Numbered from the whole stretch's first letter, positions 33,037 to 43,502 are shown. The stretch is DNA of 63,712 nucleotides, filler included, from Trichomonas gallinae (GCA_008369845.1; 9 parts of 9 records of this genome joined end to end with filler, not necessarily neighbours in it); one strand, 5' to 3'. Notes: generated from the letters alone by a model not told the origin. Translations and numbers: made by a program.

Positions 33037-34968
33037 CTATACAAATAATGATGCTGCATCAGTCATCATGAAATCAGGAACTGGAATATCTTGAAGTTCC
33101 ATCCTCTTCCTTAATTTGAGACGTCTTAGGTTGATCAAATCAATATAACTGCGGCTGTTGACAATTAAGTTATCGTTGTAAACATCTCTAAGTTTAATTG
33201 CAATCTCAGCTAAATAAATTTCAGCTCTTTGGAATTCTTGCGTTAAATTTGTCAAAATTGGACTGAACTTGCTGTAGTTGAATGATTCGTAGTTCAAATA
33301 GTCTCTCAAATCGTGATAATATTTATTATAATATTGAGCCTTTTCGAAAGCCATTTCCCAATAACCCAGAGCATCAGTGAGCTTGGATGTTTCTTCTGGT
33401 GATGATGAATATTTAGCAACTAGCTTCAATCTTTCCATCGCAGAAAAACCAAGTGTATTCCATATCTTGGACAATCTCTGGAAAATATCTTCGGCTTTCA
33501 GATCAATGGCGCTGTGTCCTGGCTTATAAGCTCTTAATATTTTCATAATATCTTCATTAGATGATTCGACGGGTTTAGGAAGAATTTTAATTGTTGTTGG
33601 CGGTGTTTCTTCCTTAATACTATCCATTGTAACTATATCTGTGTTCAGATCATCAGCCATAATTTTATTACGTAATAAATCTGAAGTATTCCATATTTTA
33701 TCTATGAGGAGAGGTCCATCAAGAGCGATAGGCTTATCGAGGCTATCATTGATATCATCGATTTCCTCGGGCTTGAATGGATAACATAATTCTTTTCGCG
33801 AAAACTTAGGATCTTCTTGGATAAACTTGATGTCATTACTAATAAGCTTCATATCATCAAGAATTTCAAGGCGACTAGATCTAGTTTTCAACGGATCATA
33901 TAAATCCCAGTAATTATTATAAACCTGATCGTGCGTTAGAATCTTTGGCTGTATTACTTCCCTAGATATTGAAGTAACCGGGCGTCTACGGTTAGGATTA
34001 ATCATGATTCTTGTTGTTTGAGCAAGTTTCTTTACTGGTTTCTTCTCTTGTTGCTTATCATTGTTCTTAGGCTTTGGATACAGTATTTTATCTGCATTAT
34101 CCAAAGCATTTTTGAATACTTGTCCAACTTCAGCTTTAGTATCGGACAATATCTTATCGATTGAGTCTTGACTGAAGCCTAATGATGGATTCATTCTGTA
34201 GTTGTCTGGTAATCGCTTCGATGCACTTTTGATATTTTCAACAACGATTTTCTCAATATCTGCATCTTTCTTCTTGATTTCTACGATGTTTTTGACTTCG
34301 GGCGTTACTACTTTAGGAGCAACGATGTTAAATTTTTCAATGATATATTTTGGTAATTTTGTGTTGTAAAATTGATTTTCATCCAGTGCCTCTTTGATTA
34401 TCTGCCATTCGTGTGCTTGAAGCTCTTCAACAAAATACTTGATGAAGCGCTTTTCATCTTGAATGGTCATTTTTCTGATTTTGCTCTTTTCATGTTTAAT
34501 ATTTTGAGCTAGTTGCACTGTAAAGTTTCCTAATTTCGAAATAGCCTTTGCAAGGAATAGTCGCTCTTTGAAAGGAAGCTTTCTAAGCTCTTTTTCAAAT
34601 CCGCGATAAGTATCTGTATTGAGCCAGTAAGCAATCTCAGCATCCTGGCGTATTTCGTCATCCTCCTCTGTCTTTTGCGCAGGCTTAGAAGTGAATTGTT
34701 TCAGTGAAGAGTTTTGCGTGTTATAGTATAATCTTTCGAATTCTTCTGTGTGAAAATCTTCGAGAAATTTCTGCTCCTTGACTCTATTTAGATAACCCAT
34801 TGCGTTATTGAATGCATCGATAGGCGTAGGAGGTTTTACAATTTCAGGAATTGGAAGAATGATTTCAGTAGTATAATTCAACGTAATTTCATCCCTGGAT
34901 CTAGGTGACAACATGTCCAAGCATAGTTGCGTGTTTTGCGCTTCATCGGCAAAAGTTGGATGAAGCAT
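33037..34968 (-). CDS. Hypothetical protein with CCDC87-like C-terminal helical domain
   Basis: 643-aa ORF. FQRLSKIWNTLGFSAMERLKLVAKYSS...WE resembles the CCDC87 C-terminal motif as I remember it; the family call is tentative. Confidence 0.6.
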   Translation of the reverse strand: MLHPTFADEAQNTQLCLDMLSPRSRDEITLNYTTEIILPIPEIVKPPTPIDAFNNAMGYLNRVKEQKFLEDFHTEEFERLYYNTQNSSLKQFTSKPAQKTEEDDEIRQDAEIAYWLNTDTYRGFEKELRKLPFKERLFLAKAISKLGNFTVQLAQNIKHEKSKIRKMTIQDEKRFIKYFVEELQAHEWQIIKEALDENQFYNTKLPKYIIEKFNIVAPKVVTPEVKNIVEIKKKDADIEKIVVENIKSASKRLPDNYRMNPSLGFSQDSIDKILSDTKAEVGQVFKNALDNADKILYPKPKNNDKQQEKKPVKKLAQTTRIMINPNRRRPVTSISREVIQPKILTHDQVYNNYWDLYDPLKTRSSRLEILDDMKLISNDIKFIQEDPKFSRKELCYPFKPEEIDDINDSLDKPIALDGPLLIDKIWNTSDLLRNKIMADDLNTDIVTMDSIKEETPPTTIKILPKPVESSNEDIMKILRAYKPGHSAIDLKAEDIFQRLSKIWNTLGFSAMERLKLVAKYSSSPEETSKLTDALGYWEMAFEKAQYYNKYYHDLRDYLNYESFNYSKFSPILTNLTQEFQRAEIYLAEIAIKLRDVYNDNLIVNSRSYIDLINLRRLKLRKRMELQDIPVPDFMMTDAASLFV

Positions 34969-35213
34969 TGTTTATTTGTCACTTTTAAAATTGTTATATT
35001 AACAAATATTGGTAATTATTTGAGGTTTAATTTTTCATGTTTTTGATTTTTGTGAAGGCATTGAAAAGTTGGTGTCACTTTTAATAAAATTTTATTTTGT
35101 AAACCATTGAATGTGAAAATTTAAACAGAAAAATTATGTGCTCATGTTTATTTTCACATATAGCGAAAACTAGAAGAAAAGTGACATTGTAGTTTAAAAA
35201 GGAAAAATAATTC

Positions 35214-35286
35214 TGGGCCTTCGCGGACTTGAACCACGTACCTTGCGATCTTCAGTCGCACGCTCTCCCAGGTGAGCTAAAGGCCC
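35214..35286 (-). tRNA. tRNA-Phe (GAA)
   Basis: The reverse complement folds as a full 73-nt cloverleaf: GGGCCTT/AAGGCCC acceptor, GCTC/GAGC D-stem, TGCGA-CTGAAGA-TCGCA anticodon arm, CGTGG-TTCAAGT-CCGCG T-arm, discriminator A. Confidence 0.97.
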
Positions 35287-35393
35287 TTACATTNNNNNNN
35301 NNNNNNNNNNNNNNNNNNNNNNNNNNNNNNNNNNNNNTTAATTAATTAANNNNNNNNNNNNNNNNNNNNNNNNNNNNNNNNNNNNNNNNNNNN

Positions 35394-35472
35394 GATCCTC
35401 TATGATATGGTCTACCTATATCCAAAGTTTCGCTGCCAATGGAGCGTCAGAAGTCAGCTGGAGTACCTTTAA
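35394..35472. mobile_element. Probable DNA-transposon terminus (Kolobok-like, ...CCT|TTAA)
   Basis: A GC-richer stretch at the contig start ends GAGTACCT followed by TTAA, then AT-rich sequence resumes. The same architecture occurs at 43317-43502. Confidence 0.45.
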
Positions 35473-35657
35473 AATGAATATTTTAATAAGATGCTTTATT
35501 GTTAATATTGATATATCTAAAATATGATAAAAGATATCGAAATAATTTTTTGAAAAGCAATGATTTTAGAAGTTTTATATAAGGAAATGTAATACATGAC
35601 TGATGAGCGATATAAAAATAAAAAGAAAAAGGAAAAAAATAAAGGACGATAGACTTG

Positions 35658-35679
35658 GGCGGTTATGGTCGATCCCTTT
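35658..35679 (+). promoter_or_regulatory. M3 (GGCGGTTA) + M5 (CCTTT) core promoter of the ribosomal-protein gene
   Basis: GGCGGTTA at 35658-35665 matches the Trichomonas M3 consensus. CCTTT at 35675-35679 lies 7 nt upstream of ATG 35687. This pairing is known for trichomonad ribosomal-protein genes. Confidence 0.8.
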
Positions 35680-35686
35680 TCAACAA

Positions 35687-35995
35687 ATGTCTGAGCAGAC
35701 CAAGCTCTTTGTTCCAGCTACATTCGTTTCCTTCCGCCGCTCCAAGCGCATCATCAAGCCAAACCAGGCTCTCCTTGAAATCCAGGGTGTCGTTTCCAAG
35801 GAGGAAGCTCAGTTCTATGCCGGCAAGAAGGTTGCTTCCGTCTGGAAGTTCGACAAGCAGGAATTCATCAACTGGGGCGTCATCACACAGCCACACGGCA
35901 ACTCTGGTGTCGTTCGCGCTAAGTTCGAGAAGAACCTTCCACCACAGATGCTTGGCAAGCAGGTTCGTGTTATGCTCTTCCCAAGCACAATCTAA
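35687..35995 (+). CDS. RPL35A: 60S ribosomal protein L35a (eL33)
   Basis: ALLEIQGV, FYAGKKVA, WGVITQPHGNSGVVRAKF..NLPP...VRVMLFPS. Strong high-expression codon bias from ATG 35687 on; the upstream ORF extension is promoter DNA. The stop overlaps a TAAA poly(A)-signal-like motif. Confidence 0.97.
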   Translation: MSEQTKLFVPATFVSFRRSKRIIKPNQALLEIQGVVSKEEAQFYAGKKVASVWKFDKQEFINWGVITQPHGNSGVVRAKFEKNLPPQMLGKQVRVMLFPSTI

Positions 35996-36420
35996 AGTGC
36001 ATGAAGTATATTACACAACTTGCAAACAAATTTGATTTTATTACAAAAACATACTTTTTTAAAATTTATACGTTTTTCTCCTCATCGCAAAATCCAAACA
36101 TTATTTGAAGCCATTGTAGCTTCTGTAAAATGCACTATGAATATAGCTTTTACTTTGAGATATTTCTTTCAATATATATCGAATCTCAAATTTATATTCA
36201 AAATAATTCTAGCAAACATTTATTTGATGCCAAATATGCATTATATCAATGTAAAACCTGAGTTAAAGAAAAATATAATTGAGATATTAAAGACATTTAT
36301 TATTAGAGTAAATACAGTACATAATCTATCCATAAAACAACAGAAATCGGGTAACAAAGAGGCATAAATCAAGATTCAAATATGTGACCCGAATAATATT
36401 TTGAATTTATATATTTTTGA

Positions 36421-36945
36421 TCATTCTATTTGCAAGTGCTTCTCGAAAGCAGAAACAATAGATCCGCATTGAGCGATTGGATCAAGCGGATATTTAGAGA
36501 AGCAAATATGTTCAGAATCAAGTTTATCTGGTGTGCGAGACAGCTCAACAATGCATGGATTTGAAACAATTGTTGCTGGATCTGCAACTTTTTGTGCAGT
36601 TGGATGAACAGCATAAGAAATCTTAGGCATTTGAGGTAATTCCTTTTTCATTGTAAGGACTCTCATGTTATCGACCTTAACATCGAGTCCATTAAGGCAT
36701 GTTGTTAATAAATTAATAAATTCCGCAAGAGAAGCCGGAACTAAGAGCATAGGAGAAACTTCGACGTATGTAGTCTTGCATTTTAGATATATTCTGATTT
36801 TGTTGTATTGATTTAATGATGTTGAATTTAAAAAGTAAATAATTCTGTGCGCAAAATCGAGCTGCGGTGTCGGAATGATGCCAATACCAAGCGCAACATC
36901 AACTTCGCGCATGTCTATCATGAAATATAGGCAAGGAGAGGACAT
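36421..36945 (-). CDS. Divergent Emg1/Nep1-like SPOUT protein
   Basis: QLDFAHRIIYFLNSTSLNQ..IRIYLK...VEVSP..VP and FSKYPL...CGSIVSAFE align by eye to Emg1 (RPDITHQ.LL.L.DSPLN..LQVYI...IEVNP..IP; ISNYPL...C.K....FE). Confidence 0.75.
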   Translation of the reverse strand: MSSPCLYFMIDMREVDVALGIGIIPTPQLDFAHRIIYFLNSTSLNQYNKIRIYLKCKTTYVEVSPMLLVPASLAEFINLLTTCLNGLDVKVDNMRVLTMKKELPQMPKISYAVHPTAQKVADPATIVSNPCIVELSRTPDKLDSEHICFSKYPLDPIAQCGSIVSAFEKHLQIE

Positions 36946-36955
36946 AAAAAGAGCC

Positions 36956-37559
36956 TGTCACTTTTTGGAATGATCTTCATATTTGTCATTTTTTAACATT
37001 GCATAATCCATCATTATATATTATATACTATCTATATTTAAAATATTTTCTAACTTGTCACTTTTTATTCTTTTTAGATATTCATTTTTCATTATTTAGA
37101 TTTATTTCAGGCTATGTTCATCTATTTATTCATTAATTCTACTACCAATATAGACTTCATGGAGAAATAATATTAGTCTTCTATAACATATATATGGAAT
37201 AATCATTATACAAAGACTTTGATAAATGCACAAATCGTCGATATAAGGTTAATATTTTCCTATGTTGATGACTTAGCAATCGCATTATAATACTTAATAT
37301 AAAGATAAACACCTATTATAGTGTTTTTACAATGATATCTCTTTAGTTTTCGGATATATATCTGTTACAAAAACTTTAAATTGATGAGATTAATATCCAT
37401 GTCATCTTCAACATAATGAGTTCTATATTTTATCATCAAGACGCATAAATATGTGAAGTATAGTCTATATAATAAGTCAATTTAAAAACAAAAATCGGAT
37501 TTGTCACTTTTGAAATTTTTTGATCTGTCACTTTTTGGACTAATAATCTTGGCACTTTT
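36956..37559. promoter_or_regulatory. Divergent promoter with five TG(T/G)CACTTTT (M2/Inr-type) motifs
   Basis: TGTCACTTTT at 36956, 37056, 37502 and 37526, and TGGCACTTTT at 37550, all on the + strand. The same motif lies just upstream of many other genes here (e.g. near 19281, 32541, 34977, 56922). Confidence 0.7.
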
Positions 37560-37586
37560 TATGTCTTCTCGCTTTTAAGAACAAAA

Positions 37587-38477
37587 ATGCCTAAAGGAAA
37601 CAGAAAGAAACAGCAGCGTGAGAAGAAGGTCGCCCAGGAGGCCCTCGAGCGCGAAATCAAGAAGAGCGAGCAAACAATTCCGGATATAGTTCCAAATTCA
37701 GCCCTTTTCAAGGAAGATGATGAGATGGCACCGAAAAAGAAGGTGAAAATCCCACTTCATCCACGTCCTGAGATTGAAAAGAGGCCACCACCGCCAAAGA
37801 CAGAGCTTGTTGACCTCTGGGGCGAAGAACCAGTGAAAAAGAACGAAAAACAACTTAAATTCGTAAATAGAGTAAATCCAAAGCCAAAGAAAGCTAACTT
37901 ACCAACAACAGCCGAATCTTACAACTCAGAAAAGCTTATTGCTAAGCCAAAGAAGCCAGAACCAGTCGAAGAAAATATCAAACCAATAGATCCAGCAGAA
38001 GAGGTCAACAATGAAGAATATCACGATGGTATCGGTGACTACCTTGAGGGCGATGTGCCAGTCGCTCCAGAAGGCCTTGATAAGATTGTTCCACCAAAAC
38101 CAGATCCAAAGCCACGCAAGGATATGATTTTGAACGCATATCTCCCAGAAAGTATGCCAGTTGCTGAGAAAATGCGTATTAGAAAGATTATTAAGGAGAA
38201 TAACAGAATTATGAGACAAAGAGCTGAAGACGCCTTAGTTCCAGAGTTTGAGAGAACATTAGATGCTGCTAAGGAGGTCGAAGAGCGCAATAAGGAGCTC
38301 GCTGCTCGTCCAAAGCGTGAAAAAGAAAGTCACTTAGAGAAATTCATTGCTGATGAACCTCTCTACGAACAAGAGAAGGTTGCAGAAAGCACTGCAGAGA
38401 TTAGCGGTGATAGCAAGGCTTTCACACGTCTTCAGAGATCATTAGAGATTCGTGGTGTTGTTCCTCTCCATCAATAA
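37587..38477 (+). CDS. NOP53: Nop53/GLTSCR2-like 60S biogenesis factor
   Basis: Basic N-terminus, LFKED (resembles the LFxxD Mtr4 arch-interacting motif), DLW, SYN and C-terminal RLQRSLEIRGVVP, in the order seen in Nop53. Confidence 0.7.
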   Translation: MPKGNRKKQQREKKVAQEALEREIKKSEQTIPDIVPNSALFKEDDEMAPKKKVKIPLHPRPEIEKRPPPPKTELVDLWGEEPVKKNEKQLKFVNRVNPKPKKANLPTTAESYNSEKLIAKPKKPEPVEENIKPIDPAEEVNNEEYHDGIGDYLEGDVPVAPEGLDKIVPPKPDPKPRKDMILNAYLPESMPVAEKMRIRKIIKENNRIMRQRAEDALVPEFERTLDAAKEVEERNKELAARPKREKESHLEKFIADEPLYEQEKVAESTAEISGDSKAFTRLQRSLEIRGVVPLHQ

Positions 38478-39001
38478 AATAGAAATAACCAATAAAGATA
38501 TATTTGAATTTAATTACATCTATTTCACTCTTTAAGAACAAAATATAACAAGCTTGGTGGCTAATGTTTTCACATGGCAATGATGCTATTAATGATTTTG
38601 TAAATGAATAAAAAATGTGATCTAAAAGTCATATGTTTATAATAATTTTTTTTCGAAAATAGCATAGTATGTTTCCTTATGTCCATAGGGGTTTGCTATA
38701 TTAATATTATGCGAATTCGCATAACTTCGAAATTAGATTCGAATTTCGAGATCTGGTTCGCATTCCTATAAAAATTAGATAAAAGCATTCTATCTATACA
38801 CACAAATGTTTCAAAAATATCAAAAAATGCTGGTGTTTTTTATGGAAATATGTCAGCATCAATGTGTGATACATTTTACAGCCTGTAATTAAACTCTAAT
38901 ATAGATTTGGTATTGAGGAATAACATATAAACACCATATGCTCTATATATATATTCCTATGCATCACTAAAGATATATTCAGTAGATATCGCCATATGCT
39001 T

Positions 39002-39160
39002 TCAACAATTTATATGATAACCTTTTTCTAAAGCCCATATCAAAGCTGTTTTGTTTTCGTCATCTTTTGCGTTGACATCTATTCTAGGAGCTATGAGAAG
39101 GAACTTGACAACTTCATGATGACCATTAATAGAAGCATAAATCAAAGCGGTTATATGGAA
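39002..39160 (-). pseudogene. Ankyrin-repeat gene fragment (3' end only)
   Basis: TALIYASINGHHEVVKFLLIAPRIDVNAKDDENKTALIWA, the same family as 48264-49382. Homology stops abruptly upstream and there is no credible start. Confidence 0.75.
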
Positions 39161-40429
39161 ACTATTCATCATTGAAAATCTAATAGTACACCTAGACAAT
39201 CTAATTGGATAATTATATGATAATCATGACACATAGATATGCATAGTTGATTTGGTGAAAATTATTGACACATGACTTAAAGTCACAGTCACTAAGAGCA
39301 CGTGATGGGAGACGAGATGCAACAAGCTCGTGACGGAATGATAATGTCTTGTTCTGGATGATGACACCGCATGAAAGTTTGATGCAGCCAAGAAAGGCGT
39401 CTTCGCCAACATGGTGGACACAAAGTGGNNNNNNNNNNNNNNNNNNNNNNNNNNNNNNNNNNNNNNNNNNNNTTAATTAATTAANNNNNNNNNNNNNNNN
39501 NNNNNNNNNNNNNNNNNNNNNNNNNNNNTAATTCTGAAGAATGACGCGAAAACGCGTATCTCGGAATTGTCCGAACGAAATCGGCTCAAAACTTGTATAT
39601 ATCATCATTTTAATGCATATAATATACTGGCAAAGTTTGGAGCAAAAATACATTTCTATCGTCATTGGTACACCTCTTTCATTTAGTAAACTTTACGAGT
39701 CGATTTTTTTTTTTTTTTTGTAAATTTTTACATTTCAAAAAAAATTTTGAAAAATCATTGTATATAATACCAAGTTTCAAAGGTGACTTAGGATCTAGCA
39801 ATAAATCCTAATGAACAAAGATATATTCATGTATAACAAGGCGAATTCAAAAATCAAATTATTAAGGAGTAATAATATCCTATTATAAATATATCATTTC
39901 GAGTTAAATTCTATGAATATAGAGTCACAAAGTTTAATTTTAGTTTTTTTTCAAAATCGGAATTGTTTTTCTTATGTTATCCCAATCTAATCTCTCATAA
40001 AAATAATGTTTATATCAGATGCCAATTATTGTTATACTCTAGTTGTTTAAGTTAAACAAGACAATAACAATAAGAAAATTTTGTAATCAAAAGTGCGATT
40101 AGATTCATATAAAAACTGTAATTTCACATGATTCTATACAATGTATCACATCACATAACGAGATTTTCTAAATAAGAATTTAACGATAAAAATTTTTGAG
40201 GCGAATGATCGCATTTTCTCACAAAATATTTTAATACGACCAATATTTATCATTCGTTTGCATATTATCTTTTATAATTTTTGGATCAAATCTTATTTAT
40301 TAATATCGTTTTTTGTATTGAAAAAATCTTCATTTCAGAAATCGATAGTAACATTATGTGTGCACTTTAATTCTAATATATTTTTCATCAAAATGAAAAT
40401 TTTAAGCGATCACCTTTCAATTTATAATA

Positions 40430-41431
40430 ATGCAAAGTCCACTACTGTTCTTCGTTAATCCGAAATCAGGTGGAAATCTCGGACAGTCATTGATAGATGC
40501 TGTCTCCAATATGGATGAAATCTACATTATTAAACTCCCAGACGATGCAAAATCATGGGCACAAAAATACGAAAGCATATTGCATAGGAATGATCTTAAA
40601 GTAGTTGTTTGCGGTGGGGATGGCTCAGTCAACTGGGCAGTTTCACTTTTGACTGAAGTTTTTGGTTCCGATTATGAAGATGGAAAATACAGGCCGCCAA
40701 TCTCAGTTGTACCGCTTGGAACAGGTAATGATATGAGTAGGATGTTAGGATGGGGTGACTCATTTACTTCTCGTGATGTTTCGCGCATCAGAAAGAACAT
40801 CGATATGATAAGGAATTCTGATGAAGCAAAGAACCTAGATATGTGGTCAGTCTCATATGTTAGGTCAGATGATGAGAACCAAAAGTTCTCAAAGGTTATG
40901 CTTAATTATTGCTCATTCGGAGTTGATGCAAATATTGCAAATACATTCCAAACATGCAGAACAAACTGTGCTTCATGTTTCTGTTGCCATTGCATGTCGA
41001 AATGTTTATATTTCCCTTGCTCTTTCAAATCATTTTGCGGACAACCATCTCTCAAGAAAGTATTGAAGTGTAAATATTATAATGGTGATGAAAATGAAAA
41101 GACAATTCATTTTAAGAACTCAGAAAAGACATTTATCGTTCAAGCGATTACATCAATTTATTCGGGCAAAGATCTATGGAGAAATAAGGTTCCAAGATCA
41201 ATTGATGATAAGAAATTTGAGATTATCACACATGGAGGCGCTCTCTCTTTGGGTCTTAACCAAATTGGTTTGCATCCAGAGCACGAAAAAGATCAGGCTT
41301 CTAAAATGTATCTTGAGACATCAGAGCCTATTGCTTTCCAGATCGATGGTGAGCCATATATTATTAACGGACCTGCGAAAATTGATATCGAAAGAAACGG
41401 TTCATATCCTATGTTGTTCTGCAAGAAATAA
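40430..41431 (+). CDS. Diacylglycerol kinase (catalytic + accessory domains only)
   Basis: FVNPKSGG, CGGDGSV, PLGTGNDM, NYCSFGVDA and FQIDGEP. Confidence 0.93.
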   Translation: MQSPLLFFVNPKSGGNLGQSLIDAVSNMDEIYIIKLPDDAKSWAQKYESILHRNDLKVVVCGGDGSVNWAVSLLTEVFGSDYEDGKYRPPISVVPLGTGNDMSRMLGWGDSFTSRDVSRIRKNIDMIRNSDEAKNLDMWSVSYVRSDDENQKFSKVMLNYCSFGVDANIANTFQTCRTNCASCFCCHCMSKCLYFPCSFKSFCGQPSLKKVLKCKYYNGDENEKTIHFKNSEKTFIVQAITSIYSGKDLWRNKVPRSIDDKKFEIITHGGALSLGLNQIGLHPEHEKDQASKMYLETSEPIAFQIDGEPYIINGPAKIDIERNGSYPMLFCKK

Positions 41432-42429
41432 ACTGTTTATATATTGTCTAGTATTTGGAATGGACATATGTGATAGACGCGTCACAGGCTGGATGCGATG
41501 ATGACGTCGCGGCGTCGCCGTAGGCCGAATTATTATTTTTTTTTTTTTTTATTATGACGAAGTTGAAAAATCGTGCCACATGGAGAGGCTAAATGTAAAA
41601 CTAATGTCATGTTATCGATGGAAATTAAAAAATAATTGTCGAAAGCTGAAAATCATAAATTCAGATGATCATCCAATCTACCGAGTTACAAAAAATCACA
41701 ACAATGCTGTTATTTGTGTTTTCGGAATCAATGGATCAAGATATACAGCCAGTGATGATATTAATTATATTTACAGTGGTGCAATTTCATATCCAAAGGA
41801 TCCATTTCCATATTATGTAAATAGTTATTTCAATAATTAACCATCTAAAATTGACATATTAAAAGATCGAGTTCAGCTAAGAATGGATGATGTACTTCAA
41901 AACATTCCGTACAGCAAGCATGAAAACTCAGCTACAGTTTTCGAAATCAATTATGACAATTGACAATAATCCATATGTTGTTATTAATGTGTGTTGGCCA
42001 TCGAATAAATCATATATATACTGTATCCATTGTATTTGATTTTCGAGGTAATATCGCACAACCATTTGATCTGTCGTTAATTTCCAAATAATCGGTGGCG
42101 CAAAAATATTTTTTCGATTTGGCGCACGCGCCACAAAAGTGCGCCAAACGAGATCCCTAAATAAACACAATATATGATCGTATAATGAAACGGAGAGAAT
42201 TCGAAATGTAGTAAATTACGCTGTTGTATCGACTCAAAAAAAAAAAAAAAAAATGGTTAGGAATAAAAAGTCATAAATTTCTTTTTATTGCAGCCATATA
42301 TGAAAATTACTTGATTAAATTGAGTTTTCGTTTTTCTGCCACTCGACTAAAATGTCACTTTCGTTATCAAAATCATGTTTACGCGAAACATTCTCTGTCT
42401 GAGTTTATTGAATTCAAATCATCACTTAA

Positions 42430-43185
42430 ACAGTGACATTGTGGTCAGTGAAGGTACATTCACATTTAGCAATAACTCAGACTTCGAATCTCCAAACATT
42501 TATGAATAAATTTCCGAGAATTCTGTCACGAAATGCGTTATCACAGGAAATATCACAGAGATTATTAAATTTCCAGGCCTAGAGTTCATTGAATATTTTG
42601 AAATCACGGCAAATACATTTTTCGAACTCATAGTCAATTAAAAGTGTGATAATACATGACGAACTTGTCAAAATCTGTTCATCTGCATTCGAGTTCTGTA
42701 CTCAATTCGAAATTAATCTTACAAAAGTCCAAAACATAGAACATACTGCTTTTTATGGCTGTATGAATCTGAAATTTGCAACACATCAATCAAATCATTA
42801 GATGTAATTCAAATTCGTAAATTTGGCTCTTATTGTTTTGCATACACTCCACTAATAAAGGCATTCACTTTTGAAGCTACAAGTTATAATGCAGAATATA
42901 GTTACTATAAATGTCCAGACTTAAAGATAGTAACTATAATAAATATATCAAGTATGCTGATAATTATGACCCAAGTAATGCATCTGCTGAAGAATATGCA
43001 TGTATTGCAGAATGTCCAGAAAATTTTCAACATATCTGATGAATCGTGATAATGGATTTTTGTATTTCAATAAAACCAAAACAATAATTTTATCAGTTGC
43101 ATCAAAAGGTTTACCATAAACTTTCATAATTCCTGATACTGTCGAAAGGATTAAAAAATGGGATTTAACAAGTGCTATTTCATGC
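42430..43185 (+). pseudogene. BspA-like leucine-rich-repeat pseudogene
   Basis: Broken frames encode SIKSVIIHDELVKICSSAFEFCTQ, VQNIEHTAFYGCMNLK, FGSYCFAYT and GFLYFNKTKTII...IIPDTV (TpLRR-type), with stops and frameshifts. Boundaries approximate. Confidence 0.7.
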
Positions 43186-43216
<31 letters not shown>

Positions 43217-43316
43217 NNNNNNNNNNNNNNNNNNNNNNNNNNNNNNNNNNNNNNNNNNNNTTAATTAATTAANNNNNNNNNNNNNNNNNNNNNNNNNNNN
43301 NNNNNNNNNNNNNNNN

Positions 43317-43502
43317 GTGTTATAAAACCCCTCCACACTAAAAAATACGGGGAAAAACCATATTAGAATGTGATTCAAAACCCAATAGTCTAGGATGTTC
43401 GGTGTCAGTCCATAGGCTATCTATATCTGTTTTCAGATAGAATCTATCACACCCCTAACTTGAGATGCTCACACTTAGCCGGACACCCTAGATATCCTTT
43501 AA
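43317..43502. mobile_element. Probable DNA-transposon terminus (...GATATCCT|TTAA)
   Basis: A GC-richer non-coding block at the contig start ends in CCT+TTAA. Confidence 0.4.

Noticed and set aside
35603..35686. N-terminal extensions in the ORF track (RPL35A, ARMC3-like, bromodomain-like, ankyrin, amylase, HP1-like)
   Set aside because: The extensions are AT-rich or start at non-ATG codons and in most cases contain core-promoter motifs, so downstream ATGs were used.
36020..36367. 115-aa ORF after RPL35A
   Set aside because: Non-ATG start, AT-rich intergenic composition between convergent genes, and no motifs.
41498..41650. C/D-box snoRNA from ATGATGA to CTGA
   Set aside because: The boxes are about 140 nt apart with a T15 run between them and no terminal stem.
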